Shown in pieces: positions 55,383 through 64,000 of a DNA stretch of 64,000 nucleotides. Under the pieces are notes generated by a model. It saw only the letters and a program-made list of their open reading frames with translations. It had not been told where the DNA came from and did no database searches. The translations under genes and the position numbers were made by a program. Source of the stretch: Candidatus Saccharimonadales bacterium (GTDB lineage: Bacteria > Patescibacteriota > Microgenomatia > Levybacterales > UBA12049); contig DATIJS010000057.1 of assembly GCA_035478335.1 (NCBI GenBank), positions 8,143-72,142 on the forward strand, in the 5' to 3' direction. Each line of letters begins with the position of its first letter. The first letter of the stretch is position 1.

Positions 55383-55892
55383 ATGAAAAAAATAGTTTTG
55401 GCTGTATTAATTCTACTTATTGGCATTGGTGTTGTTTTATCCCAGACTGTATTTAAATCCAAGCCCGTGCATTTCCATGCAGGATTTCAAGTATATGTTG
55501 ATGATAAACTGCAGAGCTTTTCTGATTTTAAATATATGGATGAGACTCCATGTACCAAAAACGGAAAGCCGCTTCCGGATGTGCATGAAGATGAGCAAAT
55601 GGAAAAAGCCCATCTGCACGATCAGATAGGGGACGTTGTCCATGTTCATCGTGAAAATGCTACGTGGGGAGATTTATTCAAAAATATCAAATACCCGATT
55701 GACGGACAAAAAGCTACAGCGTATATCGATGGTGAAAAGGTTGATGATTTCTTGACAATTGAAATTGAGCCCTATGACAGTCTGGTTGTTTTTGTAGGGA
55801 AGCATACTGATGACAAGAATTATCTGAAAAATGCTGTTAAGAAAGATTACATAAAACAGACTGAGAAGAAAAGCGAAACCTGCAGTTCATAA
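55383..55892 (+). CDS. hypothetical secreted His-rich protein
   Basis: Signal-peptide-like N-terminus (MKKIVLAVLILLIGIGVVLSQ) and multiple His clusters (HFHAG, HEDEQMEKAHLHDQIGDVVHVH). The tracked ORF starts earlier at 55338. Confidence 0.4.
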   Translation: MKKIVLAVLILLIGIGVVLSQTVFKSKPVHFHAGFQVYVDDKLQSFSDFKYMDETPCTKNGKPLPDVHEDEQMEKAHLHDQIGDVVHVHRENATWGDLFKNIKYPIDGQKATAYIDGEKVDDFLTIEIEPYDSLVVFVGKHTDDKNYLKNAVKKDYIKQTEKKSETCSS

Positions 55893-56155
55893 TAAAGTCG
55901 CTGAATAAAAATAACTTACGCAAACTAACTTATCTTTTTGACGGAATTCTTCGTTGTTAATAAGCTCCCTCCAAAGGCGGGCAGGCAAGTATCCTCTGTT
56001 ACTATCGCAGATTAACGTCTTCAATTCCATTCAAAAATCCTAAGTGATTTTGCACAATTTATTTTTACTCATCGACTTGTTTTGCCTCTAGTAATCAAGC
56101 TAATTTCCTACTATAATCAATACATTCCTTCTGCCTCTGTCCCTCTGGATTCATT

Positions 56156-56947
56156 ATGAAAAAAGAAAATCTATTTATCGCTTTTATTATTATTGTTTTG
56201 ATATTTATCCACGGCTTGTCGGATAATTTTTTCAGAATTGACAGTACGACAGTACTTCTTCTTGTAATTATTATTTTTATTCCATACATTCCTTTGATCA
56301 AGAAAATCAAATACGGCAATTTCGAAGCAGAGATTACAACTGACGAGATTAGGAAAATTGAAAAAAAAGTTGAACAAATTCCTGAGAAAAAGCAGAAAAA
56401 ACTGTCTTCCGAAAAGCCGGATATCCTCAAGGATCTGGTTGATTCAGATCCGGCACTTGCACTAGCAAAAGCAAGAATAGAAATAGAAAAAAGAATCCGC
56501 TCACTTGCCCAGATCTACGCAAAAGACAAGCTAAGAGGAAAGTTTAACTTGACTGAGATTGTAATTAGTCTTTTTGAGAAAGAGGTAATTGAGGAAACGC
56601 TTGAAAATTTGCTTGTGGATATCATTACAGTTGCTAACCGCGCGATTCATGGAGAATTTGTTTCAAAAGATGATGCAATCAGACTGGTAGATATAGCCAA
56701 CCGTGCAATTGAGGAGCTTGAATATGTTGTCATAAATAATGCTCTCAAAACGGGAAAGGTCAAAACAATTACCAAAAGAGCAGCGGATAAGTTCATTAAC
56801 GGAAAATATACCGTTAAGACGATTGTTCCATATTCCAGAAATCCTGAAATCAGGACATATTATCTCAATCAGCCTGAGCTTGATGTATTTCTTGAGGGCT
56901 ACTACGAAACTGCCGAGTATATTGTGAGTGTCGAGAAGAAGAAATAA
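56156..56947 (+). CDS. hypothetical membrane protein (2 TM + cytoplasmic helical domain)
   Basis: 263-aa ORF that overlaps the next ORF by 20 nt. Confidence 0.45.
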   Translation: MKKENLFIAFIIIVLIFIHGLSDNFFRIDSTTVLLLVIIIFIPYIPLIKKIKYGNFEAEITTDEIRKIEKKVEQIPEKKQKKLSSEKPDILKDLVDSDPALALAKARIEIEKRIRSLAQIYAKDKLRGKFNLTEIVISLFEKEVIEETLENLLVDIITVANRAIHGEFVSKDDAIRLVDIANRAIEELEYVVINNALKTGKVKTITKRAADKFINGKYTVKTIVPYSRNPEIRTYYLNQPELDVFLEGYYETAEYIVSVEKKK

Positions 56948-57722
56948 ACCTCTTAAAATCTGCTATACTTATTTTCCAATTATGATTAATAGAGCTGGAG
57001 ATTTAATGGAGCTTAAGGAGGATGCACTCGATTTGATGCATGATGCCGGATTTGCTATAGAAAATGTCACAGTAGTGCTGGACGAGAAACTTCCATACAT
57101 GGGTCACACTGTTCAGGTGAATGGCGCACCAGTAGTCGTGGTATCGGGAATGGCACTCAAAAGCGGAATGGCTCTTAATCTTTTGATCCATGAATTTGGG
57201 CATGTTTATAGAACTCAATCAGCTCATCCATCACATGACTCAGGTCTCATTCTTTCAGCAATTTCCTTTGTAATGCATGGGAAAGTTGTCCCAAAATACC
57301 AAGAAGAAGTACTTTACGCAATAATAAATCATCTGGAAGATCTATATTCTGATGATATTTTCTTTAAGATTTTTGATTCAGATCGCGCAAATGTGGGCAC
57401 CAATAAATTTTTCCTCGGTTGGATACATAAGCCTGTAAAGAAAGTAAAAAATAAACAGGATTCATGGACAAATGCCGAATTTTTACTAAGCGCTGCTTTT
57501 GCTGATGCAAATCTTCACAGACACAATATAAAAGATGTTGACGGTCTGATCAGAAAAGCAGTTGAGGAATTTTTGAGTAAAATTGATAAGAGAATGAGCA
57601 TAAAATACAATTTTTTCAAAAATCTGATGGTGAATTTGCCAGAGAAAGTGAATGAGAAAGAATATGAGAGATTGTTGATCAGTTATCTCTCAGAATTCCT
57701 CAAAATAGCCAAATTGAAATAA
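56928..57722 (+). CDS. hypothetical protein with HExxH zinc-metallopeptidase-like motif
   Basis: LLIHEFGHV motif; the probable start is MELKED at 57006. Otherwise unrecognised. Confidence 0.4.
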   Translation: MSRRRNKPLKICYTYFPIMINRAGDLMELKEDALDLMHDAGFAIENVTVVLDEKLPYMGHTVQVNGAPVVVVSGMALKSGMALNLLIHEFGHVYRTQSAHPSHDSGLILSAISFVMHGKVVPKYQEEVLYAIINHLEDLYSDDIFFKIFDSDRANVGTNKFFLGWIHKPVKKVKNKQDSWTNAEFLLSAAFADANLHRHNIKDVDGLIRKAVEEFLSKIDKRMSIKYNFFKNLMVNLPEKVNEKEYERLLISYLSEFLKIAKLK

Positions 57723-57897
57723 TTCTTATTGATTTGGCACACTATTCTTACCTTGTTATTATTTTTCAGGGCTATTATAAATCCATGAGGGGTCAAAAAT
57801 AGTAGAAATTCATTAAAAACTACAACACTTATTCTTTTCTGCTCAATCTCCAGAACTCGAATTAATCAAAGATTATCACGTAAGAAAGCTTAGATAT

Positions 57898-58287
57898 ATG
57901 GATAATTTCAATAAGTCACTAAATTCTGAGAAGACGATCTTGGTTGCAGATGATAATCGGGATATTCTGGAGTCTATGAAAATCCTGCTTGAAATGGAAG
58001 GATATGATGTCATAACTACGTCTCATGGAGAAGAAATCACAAGTATGCTGCAGCTCAATCCAGATTTGCTGCTGATGGATATTTGGTTAGCAGGAATCGA
58101 CGGGCGCGATGTTTGCCGGCATATTAAATCAAAAAGTGAGACTAGGGGAGTGCCGATTATTATGATTTCAGCAAGTAAAAATATCAAAAGGTCAGCTATG
58201 GATTCAGGCGCAGATGATTTCATCGCAAAGCCTTTTGAGATAGATGATGTTCTTGGTAAGGTAAAAAAGCACTTGTTCTCTAACTAA
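57898..58287 (+). CDS. single-domain response regulator (receiver only)
   Basis: ILVADDNRDILE…LLLMDIWLAGIDGRDV…K receiver motifs. Confidence 0.8.
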   Translation: MDNFNKSLNSEKTILVADDNRDILESMKILLEMEGYDVITTSHGEEITSMLQLNPDLLLMDIWLAGIDGRDVCRHIKSKSETRGVPIIMISASKNIKRSAMDSGADDFIAKPFEIDDVLGKVKKHLFSN

Positions 58288-58615
58288 GCTTTTTTTTGGG
58301 CTTTTTTTTGGGGAGGGGGAGGACGGTAGCTGTGATTTTGATTAGCTCGGACATATATTCTTTGTCATCCCAGAAGTCTCCGGTTATCAGATAATACATC
58401 TTGGATCCTGGGTAGGCAGGTGCTTCAGTGGGTTTGCCCAAAAAGTTCTTTCCCGCTTCAGTTAGTTTGACAAAAAGGTGATCATCACAGACAAAAGCGA
58501 CTACTTTCTCATCGCAGTAGAGAGCATACTCTCCAAACATTGACCGTGACCTGATCACTCCAGCTCCTGAGATCTGTTCTGAAATGTACTCAATTGTTGA
58601 TTTTTTCGTCGCCAT
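58280..58615 (-). CDS. TfoX/Sxy N-terminal domain protein
   Basis: …SMFGEYALYCDEKVVAFVCDDHLFVK… matches the TfoX_N pattern. Confidence 0.65.
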   Translation of the reverse strand: MATKKSTIEYISEQISGAGVIRSRSMFGEYALYCDEKVVAFVCDDHLFVKLTEAGKNFLGKPTEAPAYPGSKMYYLITGDFWDDKEYMSELIKITATVLPLPKKKPKKKLS

Positions 58616-58661
58616 AATTCCATTTTAGCAGATAAAGTTTGATGTTTGCTATAATTTATTC

Positions 58662-59186
58662 ATGATTCAAATAGTTGATGCGGTTGTAGATGATGTTTAT
58701 GCAATACGAGAAGTACAAAAGCAGACTTGGTTCGCAACTTATCCAAATGAAGAATATGGAATTACGCTTGAGGATCTGCAAGCCAGATTTACAAAGGAAA
58801 CAGAGGAGCAGATAGAAAACAGGCGGAAGATTTATTCAGATCCGTCAGTTCATATCTGGGCTGCAAAAGATGGAGAGAAAATAGTCGGGTTCTGTATAGC
58901 CAAAAAAGAAGGAGATTCAAATAGGATCGGTGCGATTTATTTACTGCCTGATTACCATGGACAGGGAATCGGGAAGCAATTGATTTCAAAAGCTTTGAAT
59001 TGGCTCGGAAATGAAAAGGATATTTATGTACATGTAGCAAGTTACAACAATAATGCAATTAAATTTTATGAAAAAAATGGATTTGTCAGAACCGGAAAAG
59101 ATGCATTTGAGAAGTCGGCGATTTTGCCATCAGGAAAATATATTCCGCAGATAGAGATGTTGAAAAAATCAAGCACTCTGGTATAA
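58662..59186 (+). CDS. GNAT-family N-acetyltransferase
   Basis: Acetyl-CoA-binding motif YHGQGIGKQLI (Q/RxxGxG/A). TGcTATAAT lies 6 nt before the ATG. Confidence 0.8.
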   Translation: MIQIVDAVVDDVYAIREVQKQTWFATYPNEEYGITLEDLQARFTKETEEQIENRRKIYSDPSVHIWAAKDGEKIVGFCIAKKEGDSNRIGAIYLLPDYHGQGIGKQLISKALNWLGNEKDIYVHVASYNNNAIKFYEKNGFVRTGKDAFEKSAILPSGKYIPQIEMLKKSSTLV

Positions 59187-59193
59187 TTTGCTC

Positions 59194-59835
59194 ATGAGTG
59201 ACTTTTCGGAAGAAAAATTATTAAAAGATTGTCCTCATTGTGATCCCGATTCATTTGCACTAAAACACCCCTTGGAAGAAACAGGTAATTTTTGGGTTAT
59301 TTGCGATGTGCATCCAATTTCAAAAGGACATGTTCTGATAATTCCTAAAAAACATCTATCCTGTATAGGTGAGTATCCGGAAAATATTTTCAAAGAGTTT
59401 ACTGAACTTTATAAAAAGTTCTCGAAATTTATAGCATATGAGTATGGGTCAATTAGCACATTTGAACATGGAAAGATAAGTCAAACCGTATTTCATTCAC
59501 ATGTTCATTTGTTGCCATTTAAAGGTAAAGCTATTGATATTGTTCCTGAAGGAATGGATAAGCTGAATGAAATCAAAACAATAGATAAATTAAAGGATAT
59601 TTACAAAAAAGAGGGAAATTATTTGTTTTTCTCAATTGGCAATAAGATGTGGGTAGTTGATACTGTTATTGCTAAGCCTAGATTTTTTAGAGATAGATTT
59701 GCAAATGCTTTGGGAAGTGAGCAAAAAGGCAATTGGAAGGAAATGGATACAAATGAAGACCTAATGAGTGAAGCAAAGCGAGACATCTCAGAACTTGAAA
59801 ATAGATGGTCGGAATTTGGACAAAATAATAATTAA
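59194..59835 (+). CDS. HIT-family protein (second paralog)
   Basis: HSHVHLLP histidine triad and N-terminal CxxC. The tracked ORF starts at TTG 59188. TGgTATAAT at 59179-59187 lies 6 nt before the ATG. Confidence 0.7.
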   Translation: MSDFSEEKLLKDCPHCDPDSFALKHPLEETGNFWVICDVHPISKGHVLIIPKKHLSCIGEYPENIFKEFTELYKKFSKFIAYEYGSISTFEHGKISQTVFHSHVHLLPFKGKAIDIVPEGMDKLNEIKTIDKLKDIYKKEGNYLFFSIGNKMWVVDTVIAKPRFFRDRFANALGSEQKGNWKEMDTNEDLMSEAKRDISELENRWSEFGQNNN

Positions 59836-59847
59836 AGAATTTTATTC

Positions 59848-60333
59848 TCAATAAGTATTGTACTTAACTCTTTTTACAATATCCTCAAGACTTACGTTGG
59901 ATTTGATTAGAAATTCAACTGCATTATTATAAAACTGAGTGTCCCTTATATTCTCAATCTCGCCGTTATTGGTAAGAACTACTACCGGGAGATGCTTGAA
60001 TTCATCAATGGCTCTCAGCTTAAAAAGCATTGTTTTTCCATCCATAATAGGCATTAGAAGATCAAGAAGTATCACATCCGGCTTGAATGCTTTTGCTTTT
60101 TCAAGTCCCAGTTCACCGTTCTCAGCTTTTTCAATCTGAAATCCTTCGGCTTTAAATTTGTCTTCCAATGCATTAGCCAGAGCTTCCTCATCCTCAACAA
60201 TCAGGACTTTTTTGGCCGGTTCTGGAGTCTCAACGGGTTGCTCTATAACAGGTTTTTTTCCTGTCAGGATTTTAATATCTTCCAAAATAGCCATAACACA
60301 ATTATCATAAGACTCGGAAGTGTATTTTGTCAA
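59848..60333 (-). CDS. response-regulator receiver-domain protein with short N-terminal extension
   Basis: …VLIVEDEEALANAL…DVILLDLLMPIMDG… receiver motifs and no output domain. Confidence 0.75.
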   Translation of the reverse strand: MTKYTSESYDNCVMAILEDIKILTGKKPVIEQPVETPEPAKKVLIVEDEEALANALEDKFKAEGFQIEKAENGELGLEKAKAFKPDVILLDLLMPIMDGKTMLFKLRAIDEFKHLPVVVLTNNGEIENIRDTQFYNNAVEFLIKSNVSLEDIVKRVKYNTY

Positions 60334-60406
60334 CTTATTTTTGTTATATTTTGTTGCGTTAAGTCATATTGACAAAATATGTGGATTGATTTATTCTGGT
60401 TCTACT

Positions 60407-60790
60407 ATGTTAGGCAATGTTCCTGTATGTCCAACGCTTCCATCAACCGATCTTCAAAGAAGCAGGAAATTTTATACTGAAATGCTTGGTTTGAGCGTTA
60501 AGAAAGAATTATCGGGGGCAATTTCATTTAGTGCCGGAAACGGTACAGAAATTAATTTGTACAAAAGGGGTCCTTCAAAAGCAGACCATACAGTTGCAGC
60601 ATTCCGTGTCACCAATCTGGAAGAGACGATAGATGAGTTGATCTCAAAAGGTATCGTTTTTGAACAATATGATTTTCCCGGACTCAAAACAGATGAAAAA
60701 GGGATTGCAGAAATAAGCGCAGAAGGAGAAAGAGGCGCATGGTTCAAGGATCCTGATGGAAACATCCTCGCAATAGGTCAGGAGCTATAA
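60407..60790 (+). CDS. VOC/glyoxalase-family protein
   Basis: Glyoxalase-like βαβββ signature (…FYTEMLGL…, …FKDPDGNIL…). The upstream part of the tracked ORF (from 60320) is hydrophobic and overlaps the divergent promoter region. Confidence 0.65.
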   Translation: MLGNVPVCPTLPSTDLQRSRKFYTEMLGLSVKKELSGAISFSAGNGTEINLYKRGPSKADHTVAAFRVTNLEETIDELISKGIVFEQYDFPGLKTDEKGIAEISAEGERGAWFKDPDGNILAIGQEL

Positions 60791-60895
60791 ATCAAAGTTT
60801 TGCGTTACAAGTTTAATACTTCAAGTACTGAATAGATTAAATTCCCTTAAATATGGAATCATTATTTTCATAGATTCCTGTTATAATATTAATTC

Positions 60896-62065
60896 ATGCT
60901 AAAATCCAACAGAAATCTGTTTTTAATTGTCCTCATTGCTCTGGTGAATATGATCGGATACGGAATCATCATTCCTATTCTGTATGCATACTCAAAAAGA
61001 TTCGGATTATCGGATTTTGATAATGGACTTTTATTTGCGCTTTTCTCAATTTGCCAATTCATCTCAACTCCTATAATCGGACGACTTTCTGACAGATACG
61101 GCAGGCGTCCTATGCTTCTTATGTCAATTGCCGGGACAGCTGTGTCATTTTTTATGACCGCATTCGCACCGAATGCAATTATTCTTTTCCTGTCCCGTGC
61201 TTTGGATGGGATTACTGCCGGGAACATACCTGTTGCATTTGCTGTGATTTCCGATTCTACTGAACCCAAGGATAGGGCAAAGGCATTTGGGATGATTGGC
61301 AGCGCTTTGAGCTTTGGGTTTGTTCTCGGGCCGGCGTTGGCTGCATTTACAGTAGGATTTGGTGCAGCTGTGCCATTTATAGTTGCCGGAGTTATCACAA
61401 CAATTGCGGTGATTTTGACAGCTCTTTTTCTTCCCGAAACAAATAAGCACATGAATGAAGTCGTTCATGGGAAATTGTTTGACTTTCCTAAGATGTGGAG
61501 AACACTGTTTGATCCGAACGTTGGAGCAACTTTTCTGATATCACTTTTCTTCTTTATGGCATTTGCATGCGCTATAATTTATGGATTCCAGCCGTTCACG
61601 TTGCATGTCCTGAAAGTAACTCAAACTCAAAATGCTCTACTTTTTACGATGTTCGGAGCTGTTGGGCTTATCGCCCAGAATTTCATTGTGGCACGTGTTT
61701 CAAAAGCTTTTGGTATGAAAAAAGCATTCACATATTCGATTTTGTTGGTAGCACTATCATTTGTTTTGATGTTTTTTGCAAAAGCACTGCCATTTTTTGT
61801 AGTTGCATCAATTCTTCTGGCTATTGCCAATAGTGTTGTCCAGACTCTTATCCCGACAATTCTTTCAAGTGAAGCAGAACCTTCTTCACAAGGAGCGATT
61901 ATGGGATTGAACGCATCATACCAGAGCATAGGAATGATTATCGGTCCGTTAATCGGAGGAGTGGTTGCGACAATTGCTATTCCGTATAGCTTCTTGACAG
62001 GGGCAGTACTTGTTTTAGTTTGCTATTTGCTTTCATTTAAAGTTCTTCGCCCAAAACAACAATAA
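60896..62065 (+). CDS. MFS transporter
   Basis: 12-TM pattern and the MFS motif GRLSDRYGRRPMLL. TGtTATAAT lies 8 nt before the ATG. Confidence 0.85.
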   Translation: MLKSNRNLFLIVLIALVNMIGYGIIIPILYAYSKRFGLSDFDNGLLFALFSICQFISTPIIGRLSDRYGRRPMLLMSIAGTAVSFFMTAFAPNAIILFLSRALDGITAGNIPVAFAVISDSTEPKDRAKAFGMIGSALSFGFVLGPALAAFTVGFGAAVPFIVAGVITTIAVILTALFLPETNKHMNEVVHGKLFDFPKMWRTLFDPNVGATFLISLFFFMAFACAIIYGFQPFTLHVLKVTQTQNALLFTMFGAVGLIAQNFIVARVSKAFGMKKAFTYSILLVALSFVLMFFAKALPFFVVASILLAIANSVVQTLIPTILSSEAEPSSQGAIMGLNASYQSIGMIIGPLIGGVVATIAIPYSFLTGAVLVLVCYLLSFKVLRPKQQ

Positions 62066-62091
62066 TCCGGCAGAAATGTATCGATAATCTT

Positions 62092-62832
62092 TTAGATTCC
62101 ACTAACGTTGAAGAGACGGCCAACTCCGTAAGTAATTGCCATGGCTAGTGCACCGCCTGTGACAACTCTAAATACAGCCCTTTTTATCTCAGCTCCTCCT
62201 ATTTTGGCGCTCAGTGTACCCGTCAGTCCAAGGGCAATAAGGACTGAGAAAAAAGTGAATGGAATTCGGATATTCACAGGGGAAAGTAAGACCGCGCTAA
62301 TGGGGATTATAGAGCCCAATGTAAATGCGCCTGCTGATGCAAATGCTGCATGCCATGGATCAGTCAGATTATTTGGATCGATATTGAGTTCTGCGTCAAA
62401 ATGTGCAGCTTCTGGGTCTTTTTTGGTGAGTTCTTTTGCAACGATGAGAGCTGTTTCGGGGGATAGTCCCTTCTCCTCGTAAATACAAGCCAATTCTTCA
62501 AGTTCTGCTTCAGGATAATTTTTAAGCTCGAAGCGTTCTTTTTTAAGAAGTGCTTTTTCAGTATCACGGGAGCTACTTACTGAAACATATTCACCGGCTG
62601 CCATTGAGATTGCACCGGCTATTATACCTGCAAGTCCAGCTGTAAAAATTATTTTAGTAGAGCTTGTAGCACCCGCAACACCAACAACCAGACCTGCAAT
62701 TGAGACTATTCCGTCATTTGCTCCCAGAACTGAGGCTCTGAGCCAATTTAATTTGGAGTTATTGTTGGATACGTGTGGTTCTGTGTGATTATGCTTTCTA
62801 AGTGATTTGATTTTATCCAGATTATTGATCAT
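62092..62832 (-). CDS. VIT1/CCC1-family iron/manganese transporter
   Basis: LRASVLGANDGIVS and C-terminal TM helices, with a soluble helical middle domain. Confidence 0.8.
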   Translation of the reverse strand: MINNLDKIKSLRKHNHTEPHVSNNNSKLNWLRASVLGANDGIVSIAGLVVGVAGATSSTKIIFTAGLAGIIAGAISMAAGEYVSVSSSRDTEKALLKKERFELKNYPEAELEELACIYEEKGLSPETALIVAKELTKKDPEAAHFDAELNIDPNNLTDPWHAAFASAGAFTLGSIIPISAVLLSPVNIRIPFTFFSVLIALGLTGTLSAKIGGAEIKRAVFRVVTGGALAMAITYGVGRLFNVSGI

Positions 62833-62913
62833 AATTGTATTTTAGCAGATTTTCTAAAATATTTTTTTAAATATTCAGCTAATTCTAAGTTTGGGGTTGT
62901 TATAATAATTTTA

Positions 62914-63387
62914 ATGAAAAAAATTTTACTTTCAGTTGGGGTAATTGGGATTTTTATTCTATACAGTTTGCATCAGCGTGATGAAGCAAATAGTGTTCAT
63001 CCTACGTCACAAGACCAATTGCCTTTAAACTCCGTTGGCTCAGACTCATCCGGCAACCCGGCAATATCTTCAGCACCAAGCGCTACATCCAACAATTCAG
63101 TCACATTTAAAAGCGGAACTTTCACAGGAGATGTAGCTGATGCATATTATGGAAATTTGCAAGTTAGTGCAACTATTGTTGATGGCAAGATTACTGATGT
63201 GCAATTTATTCAATATCCAAATGATGTACATGAATCAAGAAGTATCAACACTCAGGCAATGCCTTACCTTAAACAGGAAGCAATTCAAGCTCAAAATTCC
63301 CAAGTGGATATCGTAAGCGGTGCGACGCAGTCCAGTGAGGCATTTAGACAATCCCTCCAGTCCGCACTCACAAAAGCCCGAACATGA
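62914..63387 (+). CDS. FMN-binding domain protein (membrane anchored)
   Basis: N-terminal TM anchor and an FMN_bind signature …VDIVSGATQSSEA… TGtTATAAT lies 7 nt before the ATG. Confidence 0.7.
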   Translation: MKKILLSVGVIGIFILYSLHQRDEANSVHPTSQDQLPLNSVGSDSSGNPAISSAPSATSNNSVTFKSGTFTGDVADAYYGNLQVSATIVDGKITDVQFIQYPNDVHESRSINTQAMPYLKQEAIQAQNSQVDIVSGATQSSEAFRQSLQSALTKART

Positions 63388-64000
63388 AGCAGACAAAAAT
63401 AATAATGGGAATGCCCATTACAGTTGAAATTGTTGATAATAGCGCAACTGATAAAAGTCTGCAGCAGGTTTTCAATTACTTCAGGCAAATAGATAAAATT
63501 TTCAGTACTTACAAAAAAGACAGCGAAATTTCCAAGATCAACAGGAGAGAAATTGATAAAAAAGATTACACTTTGGAAGTACGCGAAGTTTTGACGCTCT
63601 CTGAAAAAACAAAAAAACAAACAAATGGTTATTTTAATATTTGGCACAATGGGTATTTGGATCCATCAGGACTTGTAAAGGGATTAGCAATTTGGAATGC
63701 ATCAAAGAATCTTAAAAAATATGGCTTTAAAAATTTTTATATTGATGCCGGAGGAGATGTGCAAGTTTACGGATTAAATTCACAAAACAAAAAATGGCGG
63801 GTCGGTATAAAAAATCCGTTTAATCAGAGAGAAATTATTAAAGTTTTATCTTTGACAAATCAGGCAATTGCAACATCCGGAACCTACATCAGGGGAGAGC
63901 ATATTTATAATCCGATTACAAATGTTGAGCAAAAAGAGATCGTAAGTCTTAGTGTGATTGCTCAAAATATTTATGATGCTGACAGGTTTACAACAGCAGC
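63386..64000 (+). CDS. apbE: FAD:protein FMN transferase ApbE (5' part; runs off the window)
   Basis: The ATG at 63386 overlaps the upstream stop. MKQTKIIMGMPITVEI…DPSGLVKGLAI…IDAGGD… matches the ApbE N-terminal half. Confidence 0.7.

Overview
The window reads like an AT-rich (roughly 35-40% GC by eye), gene-dense genome with short intergenic spacers, small proteins and many single-domain regulators. That pattern is typical of Candidate Phyla Radiation (Patescibacteria) or a similar reduced bacterium. No CRISPR array, rRNA gene, tRNA gene or transposase was seen.

Recognisable genes include:
- A translation cluster rpsB(3' end)-tsf-frr in which the usual pyrH slot is taken by an unknown ORF.
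- rseP, an oxidative pentose-phosphate set (pgl-zwf and a short gnd), gdhA, ornithine cyclodeaminase next to proS, and two split-transketolase genes.
- rpsU, ybeY, dnaX, ybaB, two tandem prs paralogs, recR, cysS and a class A PBP.
- msrB, a GH18 hydrolase, a PfkB kinase, class I aldolase, a Nudix hydrolase, an FAD oxidase and an MOFRL glycerate kinase.
- malQ (GH77), two histidine-kinase/response-regulator sets plus four orphan receiver-only proteins, trhO, Nramp and VIT metal transporters, glnA, def, an MFS transporter and an FMN-binding protein with ApbE (runs off the window end).

The signals most worth a second look are non-coding:
1. A four-helix-bundle (23S-rRNA-IVS-type) gene sits between imperfect inverted repeats. 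A gene-less hairpin copy of the same repeat occurs 20 kb away.
2. A ~185-nt candidate sRNA has a perfect TTGACA-N17-TATAAT promoter and an intrinsic terminator.
3. A structured TTGTCAT-hairpin-ATGACA motif occurs twice, each time immediately upstream of a start codon.
4. Several related AT-rich palindromic intergenic elements are built from short tandem repeats.
5. Extended -10 boxes recur 6-10 nt upstream of start codons, pointing to widespread leaderless translation.
6. There are two GC-rich compositional islands: a ~105-nt non-coding one between the transketolase subunit genes and a ~50% GC ORF.
7. A perfect heptanucleotide repeat lies inside malQ.

All calls come from reading the sequence and motifs by eye. 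No database search was possible.
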